From: an uncultured Gemmatimonadaceae bacterium
GTDB lineage: Bacteria > Gemmatimonadota > Gemmatimonadetes > Longimicrobiales > Gaopeijiaceae
Direction of reading: 5' to 3'
Length of the DNA stretch: 64,000 nucleotides
Assembly: GCA_964602175.1 (NCBI GenBank)
Contig: CAZRQE010000081.1
Coordinates: 78,986-142,985 of the forward strand
The position numbers were made by a program, and so were the translations under genes. The notes below the pieces were generated by a model that saw nothing but the letters and a program-made list of their open reading frames with translations, was not told the DNA's origin and did no database searches. Below, in pieces: positions 1 through 9,867 of the stretch. Numbering within the stretch: the first letter of the stretch is position 1; every line of letters begins with the position of its first letter.

Positions 1-195
1 GGCCGTGGGCCGTTCCTTGAAGGGGGCACAGGTTCTCGGGGACCGTTGCGACGATCGCCGGTGGACTTGATGACGGACTACGTTTCAGGGGCGAATTCCC
101 GTCAGTCGGCACGGGGCGGGTGGATTCGGCTCCCATCGGGATTCTACGTTTCGTGCCCGCTTTGTCCACGTTCCACGCATCAGGGAGGTGATGCC

Positions 196-963
196 TTGGC
201 CGCTTCGCGGCATACGGTCCCGGCAGCCGGGGATGAGCGCGCAGCACAGGTTAGAACGCTCTTCAGCGAGATCGCACCGCGCTACGATCTGCTGAATCAC
301 GTCCTGAGCCTGAACATCGACCGGAGGTGGCGCCGGCGTGCCGTAGGGGCCCTCGGGTGGGAGGCTGCACCGCGCGGGACGTACCTGGACGCGTGCGCCG
401 GCACTTTCGATCTCGCACTGGAACTGGCGGCGCGGCAAGGTTTTGCGGGCCGTGTGGTGGGGAACGATTTCGCGCTTCCCATGCTGGCCCGGGGGCTGCC
501 CAAGATCCAGGACGCCGCTGTGGCGCCCATATGCGGCGACACGCAGAAGCTCCCGTTTGCCGGGGCGACGTTCGCGGGGGCGACCGTAGGATTCGGTGTG
601 CGCAACCTGTCCGACCTGGCGGCCGGGTTCCGCGAGCTTCATCGAGTGCTCAAGCCCGGTGGACGCCTCGTGGTGCTGGAGTTCACGGTGCCTCCCGGGC
701 GCCTCCTGCGTGCCGCGTACCTGATCTACTTCAATCGCATCCTTCCGGTGGTCGGACGGCTGGTTTCGGGCCATCCGTGGGCGTATACCTACCTGCCCAG
801 GTCCGTTCGGGACTTTCCCGGTCCCGGTGCGCTGGCCGAACAGCTTCGGAGCGTCGGCTTCGCGTCGGTCGAGTGGAGTCTGGTCAGCGGGGGGATCGCG
901 GCCATTCACGTGGCGTCGAAGGCCGGTCGCCCGAGCGGGACAGGTCCTCGGAGAGCACCGTAA
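196..963 (+). CDS. ubiE: Demethylmenaquinone/ubiquinone C-methyltransferase (UbiE/MenG family)
   Basis: Frame of ORF 46..963. Family motifs FSEIAPRYDLLNHVLSL, SAM-binding LDACAGTFDLA, VGFGVRNL and LKPGGRLVVLEF. Start moved to the in-frame TTG at 196, 7 nt after GGGAGG (183-188); start uncertain. Confidence 0.85.
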   Translation: MAASRHTVPAAGDERAAQVRTLFSEIAPRYDLLNHVLSLNIDRRWRRRAVGALGWEAAPRGTYLDACAGTFDLALELAARQGFAGRVVGNDFALPMLARGLPKIQDAAVAPICGDTQKLPFAGATFAGATVGFGVRNLSDLAAGFRELHRVLKPGGRLVVLEFTVPPGRLLRAAYLIYFNRILPVVGRLVSGHPWAYTYLPRSVRDFPGPGALAEQLRSVGFASVEWSLVSGGIAAIHVASKAGRPSGTGPRRAP

Positions 964-2407
964 CCGTCCCCAGCTCCGAGGGGGAACCGTCGAAGCGGGT
1001 CGTGTCTCCGACAAGCAGGATGGTCATGCGGGCCGGATCCATCTCCGCCCGAAAGACCTCCAGCACGTCGTCGGCCGTCACGTCGCGTATCCCGTCGAGG
1101 AAGCGCTCGAGCCAGTCATCGGGCAGTCCGAGGCTCTCGTAGGTCATGCCGCGCGCCACGACCTGAAGAGGCGTGCGGAAGTTGAATACGAACCCGTTGA
1201 CGATCTCGCCCACGGCGTGATCCACTTCGTCGGCGTCCGGCGCCGTGGCCCGCACGGAGTCGAGAGCCGCCAGGAGCAGGCGCGCCGCCGCGAGCGTGCG
1301 CTGGGGCCTGGTTCGCGTCAGCGCTCCGACGAGGCCGTCGTCCCTCCGCGAGGCGGTCCAGATCGACGACGCGCCGTACGACAACCCCTGCCGGGTACGC
1401 AGCTCCGTGGCAAGCCGGCTGGAGAGCCCCGATGCCCCCAGAATGGAATTCGCGATCCGCGACGCGAAGTACTCGCCGGTGTCACCCTGGCGCAACGAAG
1501 ATGAATGGGCCAGCACGACGACGCTCTGCTCGATGTTCTTCTGGATCACGAAAACACCCGGCTCGGTCCGGATATCGGGCTGTGGATCCTCCAGGAGGTT
1601 CCCCGAGCATGGCTGCCAGTCGGCCAGGATCCGCTCCAGCATCCGCGACGCGCGGCTCCAGGTGACATCTCCGGCGACGCCGAGCACCATGTTGCCGGGG
1701 CAGATGACCGCCTCGTGGACGTACCGCAGCTTCTCCTCGCTGAGATCGTCGGGTTCGAGGTCCAGGGGACTCATCTCCCAACCCACGGGGTGGTCTCCGT
1801 ACATGATCCTGTTGAAGCGGCTGAAGGCCAGCGAAGCCGGATCGTCGCGCCGCCGGCGCACGCGCTCGAGTTCCGCGCCTCGCCAGACTTCGACCTGCGT
1901 CGAATCGAAACGGGGCCAGCGCAGCATGTCGGCCCAGAGTGACACGGCTTCGTCGAGCTGCCCGGTGAGGGTGTTGATCCACGACGAGGAGCCGCCGCCT
2001 CCCTGTCCGAAGCTGGTCGCCAGCGCAAGCAGTTCGATCCGCGCATCGACGGAATCGGGGGGTAGTTCCCGGGTGCCGCCCGTGCGCATCAGCGCCGGCA
2101 CGGCGGTCGCAGCGGCGAAGTGTTCCCGGGCGAATCGCCGGACTCCGCCCCGGAAGGTGGCATAGATGGTCACCAGCGGGAGTTCGCGGTCCTGGGCGAA
2201 GTAGACCGGGACGCCCCTGACCGTCTCCTTGCGCGGCTTTACGGGACTGAACCGCAACTCGGGGAACTCCAGGGCGGCGATCCGCTCCCGGACGGACTGC
2301 TGCGGGGGAGCCCCAAGGGCCTCGCCGGCCGGGAGGGCCACGGCGGCCGACGTCACGGCCGCCATCGCCGCGCCGCGCATCGAAGCGCTCCGGACCCGCA
2401 AGTTCAC
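884..2407 (-). CDS. M16 (pitrilysin/insulinase) family peptidase, probably the non-catalytic partner subunit
   Basis: 507-aa ORF with signal-like N-terminus and M16 fold-like sequence, but no HxxEH zinc motif (AREHFAAATAVPALMRTGG at the equivalent place). The 4-nt overlap with the upstream M16 gene suggests a heterodimer pair. Confidence 0.75.
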   Translation of the reverse strand: MNLRVRSASMRGAAMAAVTSAAVALPAGEALGAPPQQSVRERIAALEFPELRFSPVKPRKETVRGVPVYFAQDRELPLVTIYATFRGGVRRFAREHFAAATAVPALMRTGGTRELPPDSVDARIELLALATSFGQGGGGSSSWINTLTGQLDEAVSLWADMLRWPRFDSTQVEVWRGAELERVRRRRDDPASLAFSRFNRIMYGDHPVGWEMSPLDLEPDDLSEEKLRYVHEAVICPGNMVLGVAGDVTWSRASRMLERILADWQPCSGNLLEDPQPDIRTEPGVFVIQKNIEQSVVVLAHSSSLRQGDTGEYFASRIANSILGASGLSSRLATELRTRQGLSYGASSIWTASRRDDGLVGALTRTRPQRTLAAARLLLAALDSVRATAPDADEVDHAVGEIVNGFVFNFRTPLQVVARGMTYESLGLPDDWLERFLDGIRDVTADDVLEVFRAEMDPARMTILLVGDTTRFDGSPSELGTVTVLSEDLSRSGDRPSTPREWPRSPR

Positions 2408-3924
2408 GGGGATCCCCTTCGCACCATCGTGGCAACGGTCCGGCCGCGCGGCGTGAGATACCGCACCGCGACCCGCTGCACGTCCTCAGGCGTGACGTCG
2501 GAAATGCGCCGCGACAGACGGAACGTCTCCCGCCAGTCCCCGAAGGAGGCATGCGAGTCGGCGATTTGCATGGCGAGCTCGAGATTCGACGAGAGACGGC
2601 GAAACTCACCCGCGCTGATCTGGTTCCTGATGCGAAGCAGTGCCGCGGCATCGGGCGGCTCCCGCTTGATCGCTTCGATCTCTTCGTAGATGGCCGCTTC
2701 CAGCTCGGCCGGCGTGTGCGGCGATCTCGGCACGGCGCTCACGATGAAGAGGCGGGGGTGGGCGAAACCGGGGCCCTGGTACGCGGACACATGCAGCGCG
2801 GACTGGTCGCGGGCAATCAGACGCTGGTACAGGCGCGTGGTCCTTCCGGCGGTGAGTACCGATGCGAGCATGGACAGGGCCGGGGCATCCTCGTGAAGGC
2901 CGGACACGCCCCGCCACCCGATCATGACGCGGGGTTCGGCGTCGAACTCGACCGTGATCCGGCGTTCACCCGCCTGTTCCGGTTCGCGGGCGGTCACCGG
3001 GGCGGGCGGAACCCCGGGAGGAACGGAACCGAAGTACTCCTCGGCCCACTCGACGACCTGGCCGGGATCCACGTCGCCGACGATGGCCGCTACGGCGTTG
3101 CGCGCGCCGTAGTAGGCGCGGAAGTACTCCAGGACCTGCCGGCGGGTGAGCGATTCGAGATCCGCGGAGTGGCCGATCACCGGAACACCGTAGGGGTGGA
3201 CCTGAAAGGCCGTCGCCAGCAGCGAGGTCTCCAGGATTCCGCCCGGGCTGGTCTCCAGCCGCATGCGCCGTTCCTCGCGCACGACGTCGAGTTCCGTGGA
3301 GAAGCCGCGCATGACCGGGTCCGTCATTCGGTCTGCTTCGAGGACGAACCACAGCTCCAGGCGGTTGGCCGGCAGTTCGACGAAATACCTTGTCGCTTCG
3401 TGTGAGGTGGTCGCGTTGAGCCCCCTCGCGCCGTGGGCCGTGAGGATCCGGTCGAACTCGTTCGGGATCGAAAGCGCGTGCGCCTGGGACTCGATCGCGG
3501 CTGTCAGGCTACTCAGCCGACGGACCTCGGCGGAGTCGGCGTCGTGGCCGGCAAGCATAGCGATCATCGAGTCCCTGGCCGCATCCGCCGCGGCCATCAG
3601 CGGCGATTCACCGGCACGGTCCCGGGTCCCGATCTCCTCGCTGCCCTTGAAGAGCATGTGCTCGAGGACATGTGCGATTCCGGTGTTGCCCAGGTGCTCG
3701 TTGACCGACCCGACCGGATAGTGAACCACAAGGGACACGGTTGGAGACTGGCGGCGCGGCAGGATGAGGAACGTCATGCCGTTGTCCAGCGTGTGCCGGG
3801 CCACGGGCAGGGCTTCACCCGGCGCCGCGCCGGCTTGTGCCGCCTGGGCCGCGGCCGAAGTGACCGCAGACAGTCCGAGCCCCGTCAGGGTGATCAGCGA
3901 GAGGACTATGGGTGCGCGCATCAT
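2404..3924 (-). CDS. M16 family zinc metallopeptidase (catalytic, HxxEH)
   Basis: Inverted zinc motif HVLEHMLFKGS. Signal peptide MMRAPIVLSLITLTGLGLSAVTSAAAQA. Start set at the ATG ATG at 3924/3921 rather than the 657-aa extended ORF, whose upstream part is Arg/Pro-rich and overlaps mutM. Confidence 0.85.
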   Translation of the reverse strand: MMRAPIVLSLITLTGLGLSAVTSAAAQAAQAGAAPGEALPVARHTLDNGMTFLILPRRQSPTVSLVVHYPVGSVNEHLGNTGIAHVLEHMLFKGSEEIGTRDRAGESPLMAAADAARDSMIAMLAGHDADSAEVRRLSSLTAAIESQAHALSIPNEFDRILTAHGARGLNATTSHEATRYFVELPANRLELWFVLEADRMTDPVMRGFSTELDVVREERRMRLETSPGGILETSLLATAFQVHPYGVPVIGHSADLESLTRRQVLEYFRAYYGARNAVAAIVGDVDPGQVVEWAEEYFGSVPPGVPPAPVTAREPEQAGERRITVEFDAEPRVMIGWRGVSGLHEDAPALSMLASVLTAGRTTRLYQRLIARDQSALHVSAYQGPGFAHPRLFIVSAVPRSPHTPAELEAAIYEEIEAIKREPPDAAALLRIRNQISAGEFRRLSSNLELAMQIADSHASFGDWRETFRLSRRISDVTPEDVQRVAVRYLTPRGRTVATMVRRGSP

Positions 3925-4751
3925 GGAGGCGCCGCCTGACACCGCGGACAGAAGAAGGCGGAGCGGCCGCCGAAGACGATGCGCTCGATGGGAGTGCGGC
4001 ACCGGAAGCAGGGTTCGTCCGCACGACCGTACGCGTGGAGCGCGCGGCCGAACCTCCCGACGTCCCCCTCCGCGTTGCGGTAGTTGCGCAGGGTGGTGCC
4101 GCCCGCGTGGATCGCGCGTCGCAACACTTTCCGTACGGAACGATGGAGTCGTGCGGCGGCCTCGGTGCCGATCACGTTCGCGGGCGTGGCGGGGTGGATG
4201 CGCGCGAACCACAGGGCCTCCACCGCATAGATGTTGCCGACGCCCGCGACCTTTCTCTGGTCGAGGAGAAGCGAGCGGATGGGCGCGCGGGACCTGGAGA
4301 GCGTTTTCCGCAGCACCCTGGCGGTGAAGGAGCGTGCCAGCGGTTCGGGCCCGAGCCTCCGGGACCAGGCACGCCACTGCGCGCGTGGAACGAAGGTGAG
4401 GAGGCCGAATCGGCGTATGTCGTCGTAGGTCACGCAGCCCCCGTCGGCGAGGTGAAAGTGCACCGCGGGGTGCGTGCCGAGGCGCGCTGGTCCCGGTCCT
4501 GGTCCGGACAGGACCCGGCCGGTCATTCCCAGGTTGATCACCAGGCGGCTCTCGTCGTCGAAGGTGAAGACCACGTTCTTGCCCCGTCGGCCCACATTCC
4601 GAAACTGCTTCCCCGGCAGCGAAGCCGCAAAGCCGCCGGGCGAACCCTTCACGACGTCGTCCCGCAGGACGGTCACACCGGTGATGATCCGGCCCGGCAG
4701 AACCGAATCCAGCCCGCGTGCTATGGTCTCGGCTTCGGGAAGCTCGGGCAA
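3921..4751 (-). CDS. mutM: Formamidopyrimidine-DNA glycosylase (Fpg/MutM)
   Basis: N-terminal (M)PELPEAETIARGL with TTG start at 4751, giving the catalytic Pro2. C-terminal zinc finger CFRC...CPRCQ. Confidence 0.9.
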   Translation of the reverse strand: MPELPEAETIARGLDSVLPGRIITGVTVLRDDVVKGSPGGFAASLPGKQFRNVGRRGKNVVFTFDDESRLVINLGMTGRVLSGPGPGPARLGTHPAVHFHLADGGCVTYDDIRRFGLLTFVPRAQWRAWSRRLGPEPLARSFTARVLRKTLSRSRAPIRSLLLDQRKVAGVGNIYAVEALWFARIHPATPANVIGTEAAARLHRSVRKVLRRAIHAGGTTLRNYRNAEGDVGRFGRALHAYGRADEPCFRCRTPIERIVFGGRSAFFCPRCQAAPP

Positions 4752-4804
4752 GGCGTCACTCCAGTGTGTCGTTGTCGTTGGCCGGGGGGTGGTCGGCCGG
4801 CGCC

Positions 4805-6073
4805 TCACTCGTGGCGCTCAGCTTCCCTCCATCCGATGTCGCGGCGGAATTGCCGCCCTGCGAACGTGATCGCCTCGGCCGCCTCGCGACTGCGCCGGCG
4901 CGCACGCCGGAAGTCCCTGGCGGTCGCGGTCACCGCCAGGACGCGCCCCCCCGAGGTGACGAGCCCGTTCTCCTCCAACCGGGTGCCGGCATGGAATACC
5001 TCCACGCCCGCGGGCAAGGCGGGAACCGAGATCGGCGCTCCCTTCGGATATGCGCCGGGATAGCCTTCGGCCGCGAGAACCGTCGTGACCGCGGCGCCAT
5101 CGCGGAAGACGGGCGCGTGCCCGCCGAGCCCGCCGCCGTCTGCGATCGCCATCATGGGCTCCAGGAGCGAGGAGTCCAGGAGCGGAAGCACGGCCTGCGT
5201 TTCGGGGTCCCCGAAGCGGCAGTTGAATTCGACCACCCTGGGTCCGTCCGCGGTGATCATCAGGCCCGCGTAGAGAAGCCCGCTGAACGGGCAGCCCGAT
5301 TCGGCCATCGCGCCGAGCACCGGCGTGACGATTCTCTCGCCCACCTCGGTGATGAGGGCGTCCGTGACGAAGCCCACCGGTGCGTACGCGCCCATGCCTC
5401 CCGTGTTCGGGCCCGTGTCGCCTTCGCCGATGCGCTTGTGGTCCTGGGAGGAGAGCAGGGGGACGAAATCCTCACCGTGGGCCAGGCAGAATACGGACAA
5501 CTCCTCCCCCTCCATGTATTCCTCGACCACCACCTTGCTGCCCGCGTTGCCGAAGGCCCCGGCCAGCATGCTGCGTGCAGTGCTCACCGCCTCCGCCACG
5601 GTCTCGCACACCACGGCGCCCTTGCCCGCGGCGAGTCCGGACGCCTTGACCACCACCGGGGCGCCACACGCCTCGATGTACGCGGTGGCCCCGTCCGGGT
5701 CGGTGTGAACCTCGTACGCCGCCGTGGGCACGTCCGCCGCCGCCATCAGGTCCTTCGCGTACGCCTTGCTGGATTCGATCCTGGCCGCCGCCGCCGAAGG
5801 GCCGAACACGGGGACTCCGGACTGGCGCATGCGGTCGGACAGTCCCGCCGCAAGCGGTCCTTCCGGACCGATCACCGCAAGGTCGATGCGGCGCGCCGCG
5901 GCCCAGCCCGCCAGGGCCACAACGTCGGTGGGGGCGATGTCGAGGGCAGTACACTCGTTTGCCATGCCCCCGTTGGGGCGGGTCGCGAAGAAAGTGGCGG
6001 CCGGAGCGTCGCGCCGCAGCTTCCAGAGCAGCGCGTGTTCGCGGCCACCGTTGCCGACGATGAGGATACGCAT
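4805..6073 (-). CDS. purD: Phosphoribosylamine--glycine ligase
   Basis: MRILIVGNGGREHALLWKL N-terminus (ATG at 6073) and an ATP-grasp body. The upstream 122 codons of the track ORF are rejected. Confidence 0.92.
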   Translation of the reverse strand: MRILIVGNGGREHALLWKLRRDAPAATFFATRPNGGMANECTALDIAPTDVVALAGWAAARRIDLAVIGPEGPLAAGLSDRMRQSGVPVFGPSAAAARIESSKAYAKDLMAAADVPTAAYEVHTDPDGATAYIEACGAPVVVKASGLAAGKGAVVCETVAEAVSTARSMLAGAFGNAGSKVVVEEYMEGEELSVFCLAHGEDFVPLLSSQDHKRIGEGDTGPNTGGMGAYAPVGFVTDALITEVGERIVTPVLGAMAESGCPFSGLLYAGLMITADGPRVVEFNCRFGDPETQAVLPLLDSSLLEPMMAIADGGGLGGHAPVFRDGAAVTTVLAAEGYPGAYPKGAPISVPALPAGVEVFHAGTRLEENGLVTSGGRVLAVTATARDFRRARRRSREAAEAITFAGRQFRRDIGWREAERHE

Positions 6074-6086
6074 TTTCGCTACCGGA

Positions 6087-7094
6087 TCATTTCCTGAAGG
6101 AATCCATGAAGCTTCCCCCCACCCGTCTGGCAGCGCCCGCCACCTGGTCCAGCAGGTCCTTTGCGCCGGTCTTGTAGGCGTTGGCCGCTTCAGCCACGTC
6201 CTCGCGGTACGCGGGATCGGGTTCGCCGCGGCGCTGGTATTCGCCTCGCAGCACCCTGTCGTATTCGCCCTCTTCGATCCAGCCGCGCAGTTCGGAAAGG
6301 CGCAGGACCCAGAAGGGGTGCGTCTGGCCCAGGAGGTTGAGGACCTTGAAGACCTGGTCGGCGAGATCCCCCGATTCCCGGTACTCCTCGGCCTGGTGAA
6401 CGAACTCGGGCAGGGAGGTCTCGTCGTCGGACCCGCCACCGGCCATCTTCAGCATCCCGGCCATGACCACGTCCGGATCCTGGATCGCGAGCAGTCCCGC
6501 GCGGTCGGCCGAAAGCTCGCTCTTGCGCGACCACTCCAGGAGCCCGACGAGGATCGCGCGCGCGGCCAGCCCGACGATGGGAAAGCCGAGCCCGGCCAGC
6601 TGGATGAGGAGCTGGGTCATCGTGCGGTAGAGCACGTGGTCGCTCATGACGTGGCCCAGTTCGTGGCCGAGCACATACGAAACCTGGCGGTCCGTGAGGA
6701 GCTCCAGCGTCCCCGAATTGAGAATGATGAACGGCTCCTTCATCCCGTAGGCCCCGGCGTTCACGACCGGATTCTGCGAGACGAAGAGCGGGTACCGCTG
6801 CGGAGCGTCCAGCGTCTCGCACATGTCGCAGTAGAGCTCCCAGATCCTCGGGAACTGGTTGGGACCCACGCGCACGGCGTTCGCCTGGAAAGCGAGCCGA
6901 ATCGGCTTTTCGCCGAAGATGCCGAACAGCGCCCGCAGGACCTGGTCGAACATGGGGAGCTTGCGCAGCGCGGCCAGCGCGGCACGGTCGGCGCTGTGCT
7001 CCCAGGCTCGCGAGGAGATGTCCGTCAGGATGCGCCGCGTGCGGGTATCGCCGTCCGAGTTGCTGCCGTGGGTGTAGTTGTAGTCGTCGGTCAT
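6087..7094 (-). CDS. M48 family zinc metallopeptidase (HtpX/Ste24-like)
   Basis: HELGHVMSDH zinc motif plus a downstream SELSADRAG glutamate motif. Start at MTDDYNY (ATG 7094); the rest of the 637-aa track ORF is an Arg-rich artefact overlapping the next gene. Confidence 0.8.
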   Translation of the reverse strand: MTDDYNYTHGSNSDGDTRTRRILTDISSRAWEHSADRAALAALRKLPMFDQVLRALFGIFGEKPIRLAFQANAVRVGPNQFPRIWELYCDMCETLDAPQRYPLFVSQNPVVNAGAYGMKEPFIILNSGTLELLTDRQVSYVLGHELGHVMSDHVLYRTMTQLLIQLAGLGFPIVGLAARAILVGLLEWSRKSELSADRAGLLAIQDPDVVMAGMLKMAGGGSDDETSLPEFVHQAEEYRESGDLADQVFKVLNLLGQTHPFWVLRLSELRGWIEEGEYDRVLRGEYQRRGEPDPAYREDVAEAANAYKTGAKDLLDQVAGAARRVGGSFMDSFRK

Positions 7095-7096
7095 GT

Positions 7097-8251
7097 TCAA
7101 TCCTTGCGTGATAGCGCCCGTTCGATGTCGTCTACGAGGTCGGCCGCGTCTTCGATTCCCGCCGACACGCGGACCAGGCCGTCGGTAATCCCCATCCGCA
7201 GCCGCACTTCCTCGGGCACCGAAGCATGGGTCATGAGCGAAGGGATGCAGATCATCGACTCGACGCCGCCCAGACTCTCGGCGAGGCGGATGATCCTGGT
7301 GCCTTCGGCCATGCGCCTGGCATCGGTTTCGGCGAGTTCCGCCGAGACCATGCCGGAAAAGCCCGTCATCTGCCGGCGCGCCAGTTCGTGCTGGGGGTGC
7401 GACGGCAGTCCCGGGTAGTGCACCCGGCGCACGAGCGGATGGGATTCCAGGAATTCGGCGATCCGCATGCCGTTCTCGTTGTGGCGCTCCATGCGCAGGT
7501 GCAGCGTCTTCGTGCCGCGCAGGGTCAGCCAGGAGTCGAAGGGGCCGGGAACCGGTCCGGTGGACTTGCGCACGAACAAGAGTTCGTCCGCGAGTGCGTC
7601 GTCGTCGAGAACGATGACGCCGCCGAGCACGTCGGAGTGGCCGCTCAGGTACTTGGTGGTCGAATGAATGACGACGTCCGCGCCCAGCGCAAGCGGGTTC
7701 TGGTTGCCGGGAGAAGCGAACGTGTTGTCCACGCACAGGAGCGCGCCGGCTGCCTCGGCCGTGCCGGCGAGGGCCTCGATGTCGGCGATCCGCATGAGGG
7801 GGTTCGATGGCGTCTCCAGGTGGATCAGCCCGGTGTCGGGACGCACCGCCGCGCGCACTGCGGCCGCGTCGCGGGTGTCGACCAGGGTAACCTCGATCCC
7901 GAGTCGATCGAGGACCTGCGTGAACATGCGGGTGGTGCCGCCGTAGGTGTTCTCCTCGCTCACGACGTGGCCGCCCGCGGCGACGGTCTTGACGAGACAC
8001 TCGATCGCCGCGAGTCCGCTCGAGAAGGATATCCCGTGCCGGGCGCCTTCCAGGTCGGCGATGTTGGCCTCGGAGGCTTCACGGGTGGGATTCTGCAGGC
8101 GCGCGTACTCGTAGCCCCGGTGGCGGCCCGGCCCTTCCTGGACGTACGTGGAGGTCTGGAAGACCGGCGTGGTGATCGCACCGGTCACGGGCTCCGGCGA
8201 TTGTCCGGCGTGAACGCAGCGGGTGCCGAAGCGGACCGGCGGATCGGACAA
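7097..8251 (-). CDS. Cys/Met-metabolism PLP-dependent enzyme (cystathionine gamma-synthase/beta-lyase/gamma-lyase family)
   Basis: Motifs TRCVHAG, FSSGLAAI and PLP-lysine region STTKYLSGHSDV. Start set at TTG 8251, 6 nt after GAGGAG; the alternative TTG at 8308 is possible. Confidence 0.85.
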   Translation of the reverse strand: MSDPPVRFGTRCVHAGQSPEPVTGAITTPVFQTSTYVQEGPGRHRGYEYARLQNPTREASEANIADLEGARHGISFSSGLAAIECLVKTVAAGGHVVSEENTYGGTTRMFTQVLDRLGIEVTLVDTRDAAAVRAAVRPDTGLIHLETPSNPLMRIADIEALAGTAEAAGALLCVDNTFASPGNQNPLALGADVVIHSTTKYLSGHSDVLGGVIVLDDDALADELLFVRKSTGPVPGPFDSWLTLRGTKTLHLRMERHNENGMRIAEFLESHPLVRRVHYPGLPSHPQHELARRQMTGFSGMVSAELAETDARRMAEGTRIIRLAESLGGVESMICIPSLMTHASVPEEVRLRMGITDGLVRVSAGIEDAADLVDDIERALSRKD

Positions 8252-8459
8252 CTGGAACTCCTCGAAGATGGGCGCGGCTGAGGCTCGGGCGGCGGGTTGT
8301 CGTCCCAATCTAGCATTAGTGGGCGCGGTGGGGGCTTCGGCCCCGGACGCAACGCCCAGGCGAGTGTGGCTGGGATTCCTTCCATGGACTGCTAGCTTTG
8401 CTTCAGGCTTCGCTCGGGGCCGCCGGGCCGGGCTCCCTCAAACCGTCCAGTCGTACCTC

Positions 8460-9866
8460 ATGCCGATCCAGCTTCCTTCCGACCTCATGGTCAGCGTGTC
8501 CGGCTTTCGCGGGGTAGTGGGCGCCTCCCTGACTCCCGAAATGGTGTCCGGTCTGGGGGCGGCGTACGGGACGTTCCTGCGGGAGGAGGGCGATCGGGGG
8601 AAGGTCGTCGTGGGGCGGGATTCCAGGACATCGGGACCGATGCTGGAGCGCGCGGCGGTGGCGGGCCTTCTCTCTGCCGGGTGCGAGGTGGTCGAGCTGG
8701 GAATCGTCCCCACGCCGACGCTGATGCTCGCGGTGCGCGACGCCGACGCGGCGGGGGGAATCGCCGTCACGGCCAGTCACAATCCCGCGGAGTGGAACGC
8801 GCTCAAGTTCGCCGTGCGGGGCGGGACGTTCCTGCCGCCCGAGCGCATGGACCGCTTCCAGGCCCGGGTCCAGCGGCTCGACCCTGTCCGGGCGCCGTGG
8901 GACCGGCTTGGCGAGGCGAGCGGTGACGAGGGCGCCGTGGAGCGTCACATCGCGCACATCCTGGACCTGGCGTTCCTCGACGTCGACGCCATCCGCGCGC
9001 GGCGGATCCGCGTTGCGCTCGACTGCGTCAACGGGGCCGGGGGCGTGATCATGCCCGCGCTGCTCGACCGTCTCGGGTGCCGGGTGCACGCCATCGGCAT
9101 GGAGCCGGACGGCCGCTTTCCCCGGGACCCCGAACCCACCGCGGCCAACCTGGGCGACCTGGCGGAACTGGTGCGCGCGAGCGGTGCCGAGATCGGGTTC
9201 GCCGTGGATCCCGACGCGGACCGGCTTTCGCTTGTGGACGAGCGTGGCGTGCCGCTGGGCGAGGATCTGACGCTGGCGCTGGCCGCGGACGTGGTCCTGG
9301 GCCGTGGCGGCGGATGCGCCGTGACCAACCTGTCGACCAGCCGGATTCTCGACGATGTCGCGCGGACGCACGGGTGCAGCGTGGTGCGCGCGCCTGTGGG
9401 TGAGATCAACGTTGTTGTGCGCATGATCGACGAGGGAGCGGTGGTGGGTGGGGAGGGCAACGGTGGCGTGATCCTGCCCGCGCTGCACCACACCCGCGAT
9501 GCGCCGGTCGGGGCGGCCCTGCTCCTGCAGTACCTGGTCGACGCGCCGGGCGCGACCCTGTCGGGCCGGGTCGGCCGGCTGCCTTCCTATCACATCGTCA
9601 AGGACAAGGTGACGTTTCCGCGCGCCCTCCTCGACGACGCATACGCGGCCCTGGAGCGCGAACTCCCCGCCGGTGAACGGGACGACAGCGACGGAATGCG
9701 CCTGGAGTGGAGGCGGGAGGCGAGTTGGCTGCACGTCCGGCCGTCGGGCACGGAACCGGTCGTGCGCCTCATCGCCGAAGCGCCGGCGGAGGCGTCCGCG
9801 CGCGGTTTGGTGGACCGGGCGAGGCGCGCGCTGGCCGCCACGGCGGGCATCGGCTCGAGCGTGTAA
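8460..9866 (+). CDS. Alpha-D-phosphohexomutase family protein (probable phosphoglucosamine mutase / phosphomannomutase)
   Basis: Active-site serine loop GIAVTASHNPAEWNALKF and metal loop AVDPDADR. ATG at 8460 (MPIQLPSDLMVSVSGFRG). Lies 1 nt upstream of glmS, which suggests a GlmM role. Confidence 0.85.
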   Translation: MPIQLPSDLMVSVSGFRGVVGASLTPEMVSGLGAAYGTFLREEGDRGKVVVGRDSRTSGPMLERAAVAGLLSAGCEVVELGIVPTPTLMLAVRDADAAGGIAVTASHNPAEWNALKFAVRGGTFLPPERMDRFQARVQRLDPVRAPWDRLGEASGDEGAVERHIAHILDLAFLDVDAIRARRIRVALDCVNGAGGVIMPALLDRLGCRVHAIGMEPDGRFPRDPEPTAANLGDLAELVRASGAEIGFAVDPDADRLSLVDERGVPLGEDLTLALAADVVLGRGGGCAVTNLSTSRILDDVARTHGCSVVRAPVGEINVVVRMIDEGAVVGGEGNGGVILPALHHTRDAPVGAALLLQYLVDAPGATLSGRVGRLPSYHIVKDKVTFPRALLDDAYAALERELPAGERDDSDGMRLEWRREASWLHVRPSGTEPVVRLIAEAPAEASARGLVDRARRALAATAGIGSSV

Positions 9867-9867
9867 G

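Noticed and set aside
8252-8459. Looked for a SAM riboswitch or T-box upstream of the Cys/Met PLP enzyme (minus strand).
   Set aside because: Reading the reverse complement, I could not find the SAM-I core (GAGGGA...GCAACC...) or a convincing SAM-II/V pseudoknot. Only an isolated AAAGCU and one small hairpin are present. An Rfam scan would be decisive.
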